DNA of 64,000 nucleotides from an uncultured Spirochaetota bacterium (lineage in GTDB: Bacteria; Spirochaetota; Spirochaetia; SZUA-6; CAVTHK01): NCBI GenBank assembly GCA_963734495.1, contig CAVTHK010000002.1, forward strand, positions 32,001 to 96,000, in the 5' to 3' direction. Shown here piece after piece: positions 43,868 through 53,101 of this stretch. Every line of letters starts with the position of its first letter. The stretch's first letter is position 1. The notes under the pieces are model-generated. The model saw nothing but the letters and a program-made list of their open reading frames with translations. It had not been told where the DNA came from and made no database searches. The position numbers and the translations under genes were made by a program.

Positions 43868-44782
43868 ATGCCGGCACGATCCAGCTGGAAAGGATTCCTC
43901 AAGCTCAGCCTGGTCTCGGTCCCGGTCAAGGCTTACACCGCCAACGCCACCGGAAGCGAGATCACGCTGCACCAGCTTCACTCCAAGTCCCACACCCGGA
44001 TCCAGTACAAGAAGGTCGCGCCCGGGGTGGGGGAGGTGGGCGCCGAGGAGATCGTCAAGGGCTACGAGTACGCCAAGGGCCAGTACGTGGTCATCGACGA
44101 CGACGAGCTCGACAAGCTGCGCACGGAGAGCGACAAGTCCGTGCGCATCGACGGGTTCATCAAGCCGCAGCAGGTCGACGGCATCTACTACGGGGGCCGC
44201 ACCTACTACCTCACGCCGGACGGGGCGGTGGGGCAGAAGCCCTACACGCTCCTGCTGCGGAGCATGGAGGCCAACGGGGTCTGCGCGATCGCCGAAGTCG
44301 TGATCTCCCAGAGGGAGCAGGTGGTGCTGCTGCGGCCGGTGGACGGCGTGCTCGCCATGACGGTGCTGAACCGGCACGACCAGGTCAAGCTGGCGTCGGC
44401 CTTTAAGGATGAGATCCAGGAGAGCCCCGCCACCGAAGCCGAAGTGGCGCTCACAAACACGCTCATCAACGCTTCGATGATCCAGAGCTTCGACTTCGCG
44501 CGCTATCGCGACACCTACAAGGACAAGCTCACCAAGCTGATCCAGCTCAAGGTCGAAGGGCAGGAGATCGTGCAGGTGCACGATCCGGAGGAGCCCAAGA
44601 TCATCAACCTCATGGAGGCGCTCAAGCGCAGCGTCGCGGAGGCGCAGGCCGCGGGCGCGGCCCGGGAGGCCGGAGGCAACGGCAGCTCGAGCGAGGCGGA
44701 CAAGGCCGACCTCAAGCAGGCGCCCAGCGCAAAGGCGCGGAAGACCACGCAGACCACGCAGAAGAAGAGGAAAGTTGGATAG
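43868..44782 (+). CDS. ku: NHEJ DNA end-binding protein Ku
   Basis: RSSWKG.L..SLVSVPVK.Y, RIQYKK, EIVKGYEY.KGQYV, YYLTPD, YRDTY...L..LI..K, IINLMEALKRS, basic C-terminal tail. Confidence 0.95.
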   Translation: MPARSSWKGFLKLSLVSVPVKAYTANATGSEITLHQLHSKSHTRIQYKKVAPGVGEVGAEEIVKGYEYAKGQYVVIDDDELDKLRTESDKSVRIDGFIKPQQVDGIYYGGRTYYLTPDGAVGQKPYTLLLRSMEANGVCAIAEVVISQREQVVLLRPVDGVLAMTVLNRHDQVKLASAFKDEIQESPATEAEVALTNTLINASMIQSFDFARYRDTYKDKLTKLIQLKVEGQEIVQVHDPEEPKIINLMEALKRSVAEAQAAGAAREAGGNGSSSEADKADLKQAPSAKARKTTQTTQKKRKVG

Positions 44783-45737
44783 AGCAGGCGGCGACCGGCT
44801 CCCGCGGTTCATCCCGCCGATGCTCGCCGTCCTCGGCGAGCCGTTCGATTCCGAGGAGCACCTGTACGAGGTCAAGTGGGACGGCATTCGCGCGCTCGCC
44901 CTGGTCGAGCGCGGCGGGCTGCGCCTGCTCAGCCGAAACGAGCAGCCCCTCGCGTCCCGCTACCCGGAGCTGGCGGAGCTGTCCGCGCTCCGCCCCGGGG
45001 TGGCGCTCGACGGCGAGATCGTGGCGCTCCGCGACGGCAAGCCCGACTTCAACGCGGTCCTGCGGCGCGGGGGCCTGGGCAGGGGCAAGCGATGGGGTCC
45101 GCCCGAGTCGTCCGGCCGGGATGCGGCCGGCGACGCCCCGGTGACGTACGTAGCCTTCGACATCCTCTACAAGGACCACGGGACGCTGATGCCGCTCCCG
45201 CTCGAGGAGCGGCGCAAGCACCTCGAGGAGCTGCTCGCGCCCGCGATCTCGCCGCGGCTCGTGCTCTCGGAGGGCGTGCGCGGGGCCGGGACCGCGCTCT
45301 ACCGCGAGGTCTGTGAAAAAGGGCTCGAAGGCGTCGTCGCCAAACGGCTTGCGAGCGCCTACGCGCCGGGCAAACGCAACGGCGCCTGGGTCAAGATCAA
45401 GCGCCGCCTCCGCGCGGTCTGCCTGGTCATCGGGTTCCTGGAGAAAGAAGGCCGCGACTTCCAGTGCCTCCTGGTGGCCACGAACCAGGTCCCGGGCGCC
45501 GATCCCGAGCCCGGCCCGCTGCGTTACGTGGGCCGGGTGGGCGGAGGGTTCAGCGAGGCCGTGCGGCGGCGGGTCAACGAGCTGATCTGGCCGCGGATCG
45601 TCCGCTCGCCGATCGTCCCCTGCCCCGAGCGGGGCGTGTGGATTGAAGCGGCCCTGTTTTGTACTGTAAGCTTCGCCGAGCTCACCGAGGCCGGCCTGCT
45701 GCGGGCCCCGGTGTTCGAAGGACTGGTCGAAGCGTAA
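44775..45737 (+). CDS. Stand-alone ATP-dependent DNA ligase (LigD ligase-domain/LigC type), catalytically intact
   Basis: PPMLA; motif I EVKWDGIR, III LDGEIV, IIIa AFDIL, IV EGVVAKR, V WVKIK; OB fold YVGRVGGGF...LRAPVF. Confidence 0.92.
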   Translation: MDRAGGDRLPRFIPPMLAVLGEPFDSEEHLYEVKWDGIRALALVERGGLRLLSRNEQPLASRYPELAELSALRPGVALDGEIVALRDGKPDFNAVLRRGGLGRGKRWGPPESSGRDAAGDAPVTYVAFDILYKDHGTLMPLPLEERRKHLEELLAPAISPRLVLSEGVRGAGTALYREVCEKGLEGVVAKRLASAYAPGKRNGAWVKIKRRLRAVCLVIGFLEKEGRDFQCLLVATNQVPGADPEPGPLRYVGRVGGGFSEAVRRRVNELIWPRIVRSPIVPCPERGVWIEAALFCTVSFAELTEAGLLRAPVFEGLVEA

Positions 45738-45740
45738 GCG

Positions 45741-46908
45741 ATGGAGGGCAACGATTCTCTTGCCGGCCGCGAGCTGGCGTTCACGGGTCGCCTCGTGTCC
45801 ATGACCCGGGCGGAGGCGATCGAGCGGCTCGCGCGAGCGGGGGCCCGGTGCGTCCGGACGCCCACCGAGTCGACCGACCTGCTGGTCGCCGGTCAGGCGA
45901 GGGGGCCGCTCCTCGAGGACGGCGGCCTCGCGGGCAACCTGGCCCGCTTCCGCGAGCTCAAGGAAGACGGAGCTTCGATCCGGCTCATCGAGGAGACCGA
46001 GCTCCTGCGGCTGCTCGGCGTCCCGGAGGAGATCGAGGACTTCACCCGGCTCTACACCACTGTGCAGGTCAGCCGCATCGTCGACGCGCCGCTCTCCGAA
46101 GTGCGCGGGTGGCTGCGCAACGGCCTGATCCAGCCCGCCCGCGTAGCCAAGCGCCTCGCGTGGTTCGAGTTCCGCGACATCGTCCACGCCCGCTCGCTCA
46201 GCCGCCTCGCGGCGTCGGGGATCCCGGCCGCGCGCATCCGGCGCAGCCTGGGCGAGATCTCGCGGTGGCTTCCCGACGCGGACCGGATGATCGGCCGCAT
46301 CGAGGCCTACGACCGGCGGCTGCGGGTGCGCCTGCAGGGCGGGGGCTGGGCGGAGCCGAGCGGCCAGATGCTGCTGGATTTCGCGGCCGAGCGCGGCGGC
46401 GAATCGCGCGTGGCCGTTTTCCCGCGCGGGCAACGCGGAAGCGCGGCTCGACACCGCGCCCTGGTTCTACCAGGGCGTCGCAGCCGAGGAGCGCGGCGAC
46501 CTGGAGGGCGCGGCCGAAGCGTACCGGCGCGCCGCCGGCGCCGTCCCGGAGCCCGAGACGTGCTTCAACCTCGGCAACGTTCTCTACGACCTCGGCCGCG
46601 AGGTCGAGGCCGCCGAGCGGTACCTGCAGGCGATCGAAGCGGACCGCGACTTCGCCGAGGCCTGGAACAACCTCGGCAACTCGATGGCCGCCCTGGGAAA
46701 GCTGGAGGACGCGGTGCACGCCTACGAGACGGCGCTGGCGCTCGAGCCCGCGTATGCGGACGCGCACTGCAACCTCGCGGCCGTGCTGGAGCGGCTCGGC
46801 CGGCCGGCGCAGGCGCTCGAGCACAGGGCCTCTTGCGAGAAAGCCTACCCGACGCGGCGGCACCTCGAGCTGCTGCACGGCGGAGCTGCGGACGAGGGCG
46901 AGGAGTAG
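45741..46908 (+). CDS. BRCT - MerR-type HTH - TPR multidomain protein (frameshift ~46435)
   Basis: BRCT: LAGRELAFTGRL.SMTR.EA...L...GA......TDLLVAG...IRLIEE.ELLRLLG; MerR HTH: YTTVQVSRIV......VRGW.RNGLI.P...F.FRD; TPRs: FNLGNVLY.LG, AWNNLG, YADAHCNLA. Confidence 0.8.
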
Positions 46909-46926
46909 GCGGCTCTTCCGGGGCGG

Positions 46927-48943
46927 CTACAGGTACCTGCTCAGCGCCGCAATGGCGGGCGCAAGGTCCTGCGGCTTCGAGAGCGAGGGCCGGAACAGGT
47001 CGCCCGTGCGCTCGACGCGGGCGGGCGCGTTGGCGAGCGTGAAGTCCGCGACGCGGAAGTCGCTTTCGAGCTCGTCCCACTGCAGCGGCATCGAGACGGA
47101 GGCTGCTTCCACCGGGCGCACCACGTAAGGCGGCACGACGGTCTGCTCCCGCCTGTTCTGCAGGAAATCGACGTAGACCTTGCCCTCGCGCCGGCCGATC
47201 ACGCGCTCGACCGTGGCGATGTCGCCGTGGTCGCGCACCAGCAGGCGCGCGACGGCTTCCGAGAACATGCGGCTCTGCTCGTACGTGTAGCCCGGCGCGA
47301 GCGGGATGAACACGTGAAGCCCCGATGAGCCCGACGTCTTCAGGAACGGCTCCAGCCCGAGCCCGCGCAGAAGCTTGCCCGCCTCCCGCGCGATCTTGAT
47401 CACGCTCGAAAAGGGAGCGTCCTTGGGGTCGAGGTCGAGGACGGCCCAGTCGGGCGAGTCGAGGCTTCCGCGACGGGAAAACCAGGGGTGAAGGTCGATG
47501 CTCCCCAGGTTGATCAGGTGCAGCAGGGTGCGCCGGTCGTTGCAGACGATGTAGCGCGCCGGCTCCTCTCCCTCGCGGGCCACGTCGGCCGTCTCGACCC
47601 AGTCGGGCAGGCCGTCGGGGAGCGCCTTCTGATAGAAGGACTTGCCGCGGATCCCGTCGGGCCAGCGGTACATGTGCAGCGGCCGCTCCCGCAGGTACGG
47701 CAGGATGTGGTCGGCGATCCGGTCGTAGTACGCGTACAGGTCCGCCTTGGTGTAGCCCTGCTCCGGCCAGTACACCTTTCGGGGATTCGTGAGGGGCGAC
47801 GGCGCGGGCGCTGCCGCCGCGCGGAGCGCGGCCTTTGTCCGCTTGCGTCCCGTGACGGCGATGAGCCGCCAGTCTTCGGAGCGTCCCGCGCGATACGGGC
47901 TTTCGGCGCGCTTGGCGACGATCGCCGGCAGCCCCGCTCCTGCGGCCGCTTCGGCGAGCTCCGCCCCTCGCTCGGCAATCGGGTCGACCGGCAGCACGTG
48001 AGGCAGCTCCGGAAGCAGGTTGCGCAGGGCGGCCTTTCGCTCCCGCAGCGGCAGCCCGCGCAGGTCCCACTCCTCGGCGTAGAGCACGTCGTAGAGGTAG
48101 AGCAGGATGCCCTGCCCGTCGCCCGCGAGCCTGGCGTCGAGGGCCTCGCGGGAGGGGCGGCCTTGGGCATCGAGGGCGACGAGGACGCCGTCGAGGAGCG
48201 CCGTCTCGGCCCGGACGGACTCGAGCTCCTTGACGATGCGCGGCAGGAGCGGCGCCAGGTCCTCCTTGTCCGCGCTGAGGCTCGGCGCTCGACCCTTCGA
48301 TCGCCGCGAGCACCCTCCTCCCGACAAAGCCGGGCTCGAACATCCAGGCGGGGTCGGAGAAGGGCTCGAAGCCCTCCGCCGGCTCCATCAAGCCGGGCTT
48401 GCGGGGGGCCGGCGCGCGCCGCGCCCGCGAGAGGTCGACGCCGGCGAACAGGTCGCTGCCCGAGCCCGCGTAGCGGTCGCGCGCCTTGAAGAGCAGCCAG
48501 TCCCGGCCGCCTTCGCGCTTCGTCTGCACGAGGTGCCACTCCCCGCGCAGCCGGCGGCCCTTGAGCACGAGCTTGAGCTCCCCTTCGGCAAGGGCCTGGG
48601 TGACGTCCTTGCTCCGGAGCAGCTCGTAGTCCCCCGTGTCCCAGATCTGCATGGTACCCGCGCCGTACTCGCCCGTGGGGATGACGCCGGAGAAGGTCTC
48701 GTACTCGAGGGGGTGGTCTTCGGTGCGGACCGCGAGCCGCTTGTCCGCGGGGTCGTACGAGAAGCCTTTGGGCACCGCGAACGAGGCGAGGGCTTCGCCC
48801 GCCACGAAGCGGAAATCGTAGTGAAGCCGGCGCGCCTCGTGGCGGTGCACGACGAAGACCGGCCGGAGCCGCTGCTCCGCGGCCGGCTCCGGCTCGGGCG
48901 TCCTCGAGAAATCGCGCTTGCGTTTGTATTCCGCGGTCCCCAT
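46927..48943 (-). CDS. ligD: LigD-like protein: phosphoesterase - degenerate ligase - primase/polymerase (frameshift ~48290)
   Basis: PE: YKRKRDF..TPEP, HEARRLHYDFR, AVPKG, EDHPLEY, GEYGAG; POL: LTNPRKV, TKADL..YY, RWPDG, FYQK, DLDP, KTSG..GLH, VDFLQN; the middle domain is ligase-like but lacks KxDG. Confidence 0.9.
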
Positions 48944-49035
48944 GGCCGCGGTCAATGTAACCGCCGGATGAGCGCGTTTCCAAGCGGGAACCCGGGCTTG
49001 ATCACCGCCCCGTCGCTGCGCTATCTTCTGAGGCG

Positions 49036-49284
49036 ATGCCGATCTACGAGTACATGTGCCGCGAGTGCGGCACTCGCAACGAGTTCCTCGAAGGCGTGAC
49101 CAGCGAGAAGGTGGACAAGGTCTGCTCCGAGTGCGGGAGCGGCGATCTCACCAAGCTGATTTCGATGGCGGCCTTTACCGTCGCCGGCGGCCATTCGTCG
49201 GCCGAGGGCGCCTGCGCCTGCGGCCACGAAGGCCACGGTCCCGAAGGCGGCTGCTGCGGCGGGGACTGCGCCTGCAACAACTGA
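49036..49284 (+). CDS. FmdB family zinc-ribbon protein
   Basis: MPIYEY.C..CG...E...C..CGS..L.KLIS; Cys-rich tail. Confidence 0.88.
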   Translation: MPIYEYMCRECGTRNEFLEGVTSEKVDKVCSECGSGDLTKLISMAAFTVAGGHSSAEGACACGHEGHGPEGGCCGGDCACNN

Positions 49285-49301
49285 GGCTCGCGCCGGCGGG
49301 C

Positions 49302-50234
49302 CTACAGGTACTCCGCGAGCGCGGGGTCCATCTCTCCGTAGTCGCCGCGCGCGAGCAGCGTCTCGAGCGCGGCGGGACCTGTGGGCTGCGTCGCGCCGCG
49401 CTGGGCGGCCACCAGCGCCCCCATGGCGTTGCCGCGGCGGCAGGCTTCCTTCAAATTTCCATTCCTCAATAGCCCGTCGAGAAAGCCCGCGGTGAACGCG
49501 TCGCCGGAGCCCGTCGTGTCGACGAGCCTGACGCGGAACGCTGGGCAGTAGGTCTTCTCGCCCGCGCGCGCCGCGGCGTAAGCGCCGCCCGCCCCCATGG
49601 TCACGAGGCAGTACTCGAGGTCGCCCCGCTCCATCAGCGAGTCGACCCGCTCAGGGATCGATCGCCCGCGGAGGCCGAGCATCGTCGCGAGCGCGGCGAG
49701 CTCGTCGTGGTTGAGCTTGACCACATTGCTGCGGGCGAGCGACTCAACGATGACGGCGCGGCTGTAGCACTCTTTTCTCAGGTTCACATCATAGAGGGCG
49801 TAGCGGCCGCGAAAGCGCGAGAGCATGCCGGCGAGCGTCGCGCGCGAGCCCGGAGTGCGCTGCACCAGCGTCCCGAAGCAGAGGCAGTCGGCCTCAGCCG
49901 CGAGCTGCTCGAGCGCGGCGTCGAGGTCGATGTGGTCGTAGGCGGCCGGAGAATTGATGGTGAAGTCAGGGTTCCCGGCCGCATCGACGAAGACCTTCAC
50001 GGTGCCCGTGGGCCACGCGGGCTTCCGCTGGATGAACGTCGTGTCCATGCCGAGCGCCGTCATCTGCGCCAGGGCCCGGTCGCCGAGTGAGTCGGTGCCG
50101 AGCGCGCTCACCATCGCGGCCCGGTGCCCGAGAGAGCCGATGCGGTAGGCGAAGTTCAGCGGCGCGCCGCCGAGGACCGGGCCGTCCGGCAGCAGGTCCC
50201 AGAGAGCCTCGCCAAAGGCGACGACTTCGGCCAT
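49302..50234 (-). CDS. PfkB family carbohydrate kinase (fructokinase-like)
   Basis: FGEALWD, GGAPLNFA, DVNLR, KLNHDE, DTTGSGDAF.AG. Confidence 0.92.
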   Translation of the reverse strand: MAEVVAFGEALWDLLPDGPVLGGAPLNFAYRIGSLGHRAAMVSALGTDSLGDRALAQMTALGMDTTFIQRKPAWPTGTVKVFVDAAGNPDFTINSPAAYDHIDLDAALEQLAAEADCLCFGTLVQRTPGSRATLAGMLSRFRGRYALYDVNLRKECYSRAVIVESLARSNVVKLNHDELAALATMLGLRGRSIPERVDSLMERGDLEYCLVTMGAGGAYAAARAGEKTYCPAFRVRLVDTTGSGDAFTAGFLDGLLRNGNLKEACRRGNAMGALVAAQRGATQPTGPAALETLLARGDYGEMDPALAEYL

Positions 50235-50248
50235 CGCGCGCCTCGGCC

Positions 50249-51196
50249 TCAGCCGCGGGCCGTCAGCCCGGCCGCGGCGAGGATCCCGCGGATCGCCTCT
50301 TTGTCCTTGTCCTCGGCCGGGAGCAGTGGACGGCGGGGGAAGCCTCCGCGGTAGCCGACCATGTCCATCGCGGCCTTCAGGCCGGGCACTCCGTAGGTCG
50401 CCGTGATCGCGTCGTTCAGGGCGAAGACGCGCAGCTGCAGCGCCCGCGCCTCGTCGTGCCTGCCCGCGGCGACCGCTTCGACGATGGCGACGCTCTCGTC
50501 GGGCGCCACGTTGGCGAGCGCCACGACGCCGCCGGTCGCGCCCAGCGCGCACCCGGCGTACAGGACGCTCGCGGTGCCGACGAGCACCGCGAAGTCGGGG
50601 CTCACGCGCCTGATGATGTCGGCGAGCTGCGGCACGTTGCCGCTCGAGTCCTTGATGCCCTTGATGTTCGGGTGGGTCGCGAGGCGCGCCACGAGGTCGG
50701 CGCTCATGTTGACGCCGGTGAACTTCGGGACGTTGTAGAGGAGGACCGGCACCGGGCTCGCGTCGGCGACCTCGCGGAAGTAGGTCTCCATCCTCTTGTC
50801 CGAGAGCTTGTAGTAGTGGGGCGTCACGACGAGGACCGCGTGCGCCCCGGCTTCGGCGGCGAGCCGGCTCAGGCGGATCGTCTCGCGCGTCGACTCGCAG
50901 CCCGTGCCGCCGATGACCTGCCTGCCTGGTTCACCAGGCCTGCCCGGGGCGCCGGCTCCGGGCTTGCCTGGCTGACCGGGCTTGCCGGGAGCCGCCGCCT
51001 CCACGACCGTGCGCAGCACGGCGATCTTTTCTCGTTCGTCCATAAAGACGTTCTCGCCGTTCGACCCGAAGACGACATAGCCGGCGAGCTTCGTGCGGTT
51101 CCAGCGCTCCACGTTGAACCGGAGGGCGGCGTGGTCGATCTCTCCGGCCGAGTCGAAGGGCGTGGCAATGGGGGGATAGACTCCAGCAAAACGCAT
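50249..51196 (-). CDS. Dihydrodipicolinate synthase family protein (HOGA-like)
   Basis: GVYPPIATPF, GSNGE, GTGCEST, LYNVP, GIKDSSG. Confidence 0.9.
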   Translation of the reverse strand: MRFAGVYPPIATPFDSAGEIDHAALRFNVERWNRTKLAGYVVFGSNGENVFMDEREKIAVLRTVVEAAAPGKPGQPGKPGAGAPGRPGEPGRQVIGGTGCESTRETIRLSRLAAEAGAHAVLVVTPHYYKLSDKRMETYFREVADASPVPVLLYNVPKFTGVNMSADLVARLATHPNIKGIKDSSGNVPQLADIIRRVSPDFAVLVGTASVLYAGCALGATGGVVALANVAPDESVAIVEAVAAGRHDEARALQLRVFALNDAITATYGVPGLKAAMDMVGYRGGFPRRPLLPAEDKDKEAIRGILAAAGLTARG

Positions 51197-51294
51197 GATT
51201 GTTTATAGGCGCAGCGCCGCCGCCGCGTCAACCTGAATGCTTGCAGCGCCGCGGCCCTGCGACTACACTGCCCCCCGACGACAGGGGGGCAACA

Positions 51295-52245
51295 GTGGCT
51301 GTTCTGATCACGGGCGGTGCGGGATTCATCGGCGCGGCGCTCGCCGAGCGTTTTCTCGGCCAGGGCTACGAGGTCCTCGCGTTCGACGCCGTCGACCCGC
51401 GTGAGCCGGTCGCTCGCCGCTGGGGCGGCAAGGTGACATTCGTCAAGGGCGACATCCGCGACCGCAAGCTGATCGCCTCGCTCGTCGAGCGTTCGGGCCG
51501 GAAGGACCCGATCGTGCACCTGGCGGGGATGCTCACGGCCGGGTGCGACCGTGACCCCGAGGCGGCCATGGCGGTCAACGTCGGCGGCTGCTTCAACGTC
51601 CTCGAGGGCGCGCGCGAGAACGGGCTGCGCAGGGTCGTGCTGGCCAGCACGATCGGCGTGTACGGAAGGGGCCTGCCGCAGCCCATCGAGGAAACCATGG
51701 CGACCGAGCCGGACGGCTGGTACGGGCTGACCAAGGTCATGTGCGAGCAGCTCGGGCTGCTCTACAACCGGCGGCACGGGCTCGACTTCCGCGCCACGCG
51801 CTTTGCGGCCGTCACGGGCGCCGGGCGGGTCGCTGTCGGGTCCGCGAGCCTCTTCACGTCGCTGATCCCCGAGCGGGCCGCCCTCGGTCAGCCCTACGAC
51901 ATCGAGGTCTCCGAGGACACGAGCTACCCCGTCGTCTATCTCAAGGACGCAGTGGAGGCGCTGTACTGCCTCGCCACCGCCAGGGAGGCGCCGCGGCGCA
52001 TCTACAACGTGGCCTCGGGCAACGTCGTCGTTTCCGAGATGATCGCCTACATAAGAAGGTCATCCCCGGCGCGAAGCTTCACCTTCAAGCCAGACCCCGT
52101 GATCATGCAGGTGGTGAGCGGCTACAAGGAGTGGGAGATCAGCTGCAAGCGCATCGCGGAGGACCTGGGCTGGAAGCCGGCCTACGCCGTGCGCGCGATG
52201 GTCGACGACATCGTCGCCACCGCGCGCGCCGGCGCGGCGGGCTGA
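51295..52245 (+). CDS. NAD-dependent epimerase/dehydratase
   Basis: LITGGAGFIG, HLAG, VNV.G..NVLE, YGLTK. Confidence 0.9.
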   Translation: MAVLITGGAGFIGAALAERFLGQGYEVLAFDAVDPREPVARRWGGKVTFVKGDIRDRKLIASLVERSGRKDPIVHLAGMLTAGCDRDPEAAMAVNVGGCFNVLEGARENGLRRVVLASTIGVYGRGLPQPIEETMATEPDGWYGLTKVMCEQLGLLYNRRHGLDFRATRFAAVTGAGRVAVGSASLFTSLIPERAALGQPYDIEVSEDTSYPVVYLKDAVEALYCLATAREAPRRIYNVASGNVVVSEMIAYIRRSSPARSFTFKPDPVIMQVVSGYKEWEISCKRIAEDLGWKPAYAVRAMVDDIVATARAGAAG

Positions 52246-52285
52246 AGCGGTCCGCGTGCGCACGCTCGCCGCGGCAGCCCGAGGC

Positions 52286-53023
52286 CTACGGTCTCCGGGC
52301 AAGCAGGTACAGCACTTCGCCCCTGCGGGTGAGCGGGATCACCGCCTCGCGGTAGTACCCCTGGACCGCGGCCGGGTCCACCTCGATCCTCACCGTCACG
52401 TTGACCCGCGCCTGCAGCGACGCGGCTTTCTCGCCGACGCGGTCGACGATCCTGAGCTCGACCTCCGGCCGCGTGAGGCGCGCTTCGAGCGCCGCGGTGT
52501 CGCGCGCAGCGATGAGCCGGCGGTAGCCCTGCGGGTCGGAGCGGTATTTCGCCTCGGCCACGTACATGGCGCCGAAATGGATCCTCCGGCCGATCGCCTG
52601 CAGGGCATGGACGTCGTGCTCGACGCTCGAGCCGTACTGCGCGTCGTCGCCGGCCGCGCAGATGCGCGGGATGAGCGCGAGGTAGCTGGCCCGGATGTCG
52701 GCGCTCAGGTTGACCGCCTCGAGGTCGTCGATGGCCAGCTCGTGCTCCGCGAGCACCACGCGCCGCCTGGCCGCCGGAAGGCCCGCGGTAAAGGGGCGCT
52801 CCTCCGGCACCCGGAAGCGGCCGAACACGGCATCCATCTCCTCGTGGTAGCGCAGCCGGAGCTCGAAGAGGCTCTCCTCGCCCGCGCCCTCGAAGCCGCT
52901 GCGTCCCCGCTCGTACACGACCCGGTTGGCTCGAAACTGAGCCCGGTCGATGAGGCGGAGGATGATGGTCTCCTCCAGCCCTTCGAGGCGCGCCGCGATC
53001 CGGTCGAGGTCCAGCGGAGTCAT
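52286..53023 (-). CDS. Chorismate mutase, ARO7/eukaryotic-type AroQ
   Basis: LDL..I...L..LEETII..LIDRAQF..N, RF..PEE.PF, YGSS...D...LQAI.RRIHFG..VAE.K, LT...VE..I..R, VIPLT...EV.YLL. Confidence 0.82.
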   Translation of the reverse strand: MTPLDLDRIAARLEGLEETIILRLIDRAQFRANRVVYERGRSGFEGAGEESLFELRLRYHEEMDAVFGRFRVPEERPFTAGLPAARRRVVLAEHELAIDDLEAVNLSADIRASYLALIPRICAAGDDAQYGSSVEHDVHALQAIGRRIHFGAMYVAEAKYRSDPQGYRRLIAARDTAALEARLTRPEVELRIVDRVGEKAASLQARVNVTVRIEVDPAAVQGYYREAVIPLTRRGEVLYLLARRP

Positions 53024-53101
53024 GGCCGCATTCTACGTTCGGGGTGCCCGCTCTGCAATCGCTGCTTTCCGTCCCGGCCGCGCTCTCCGTATCTTGTCCG
53101 C

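Noticed and set aside
46420-46450. Programmed ribosomal frameshift giving BRCT-MerR with or without TPR
   Set aside because: There is no clear slippery heptamer, and it is indistinguishable from the many other indels in this assembly.
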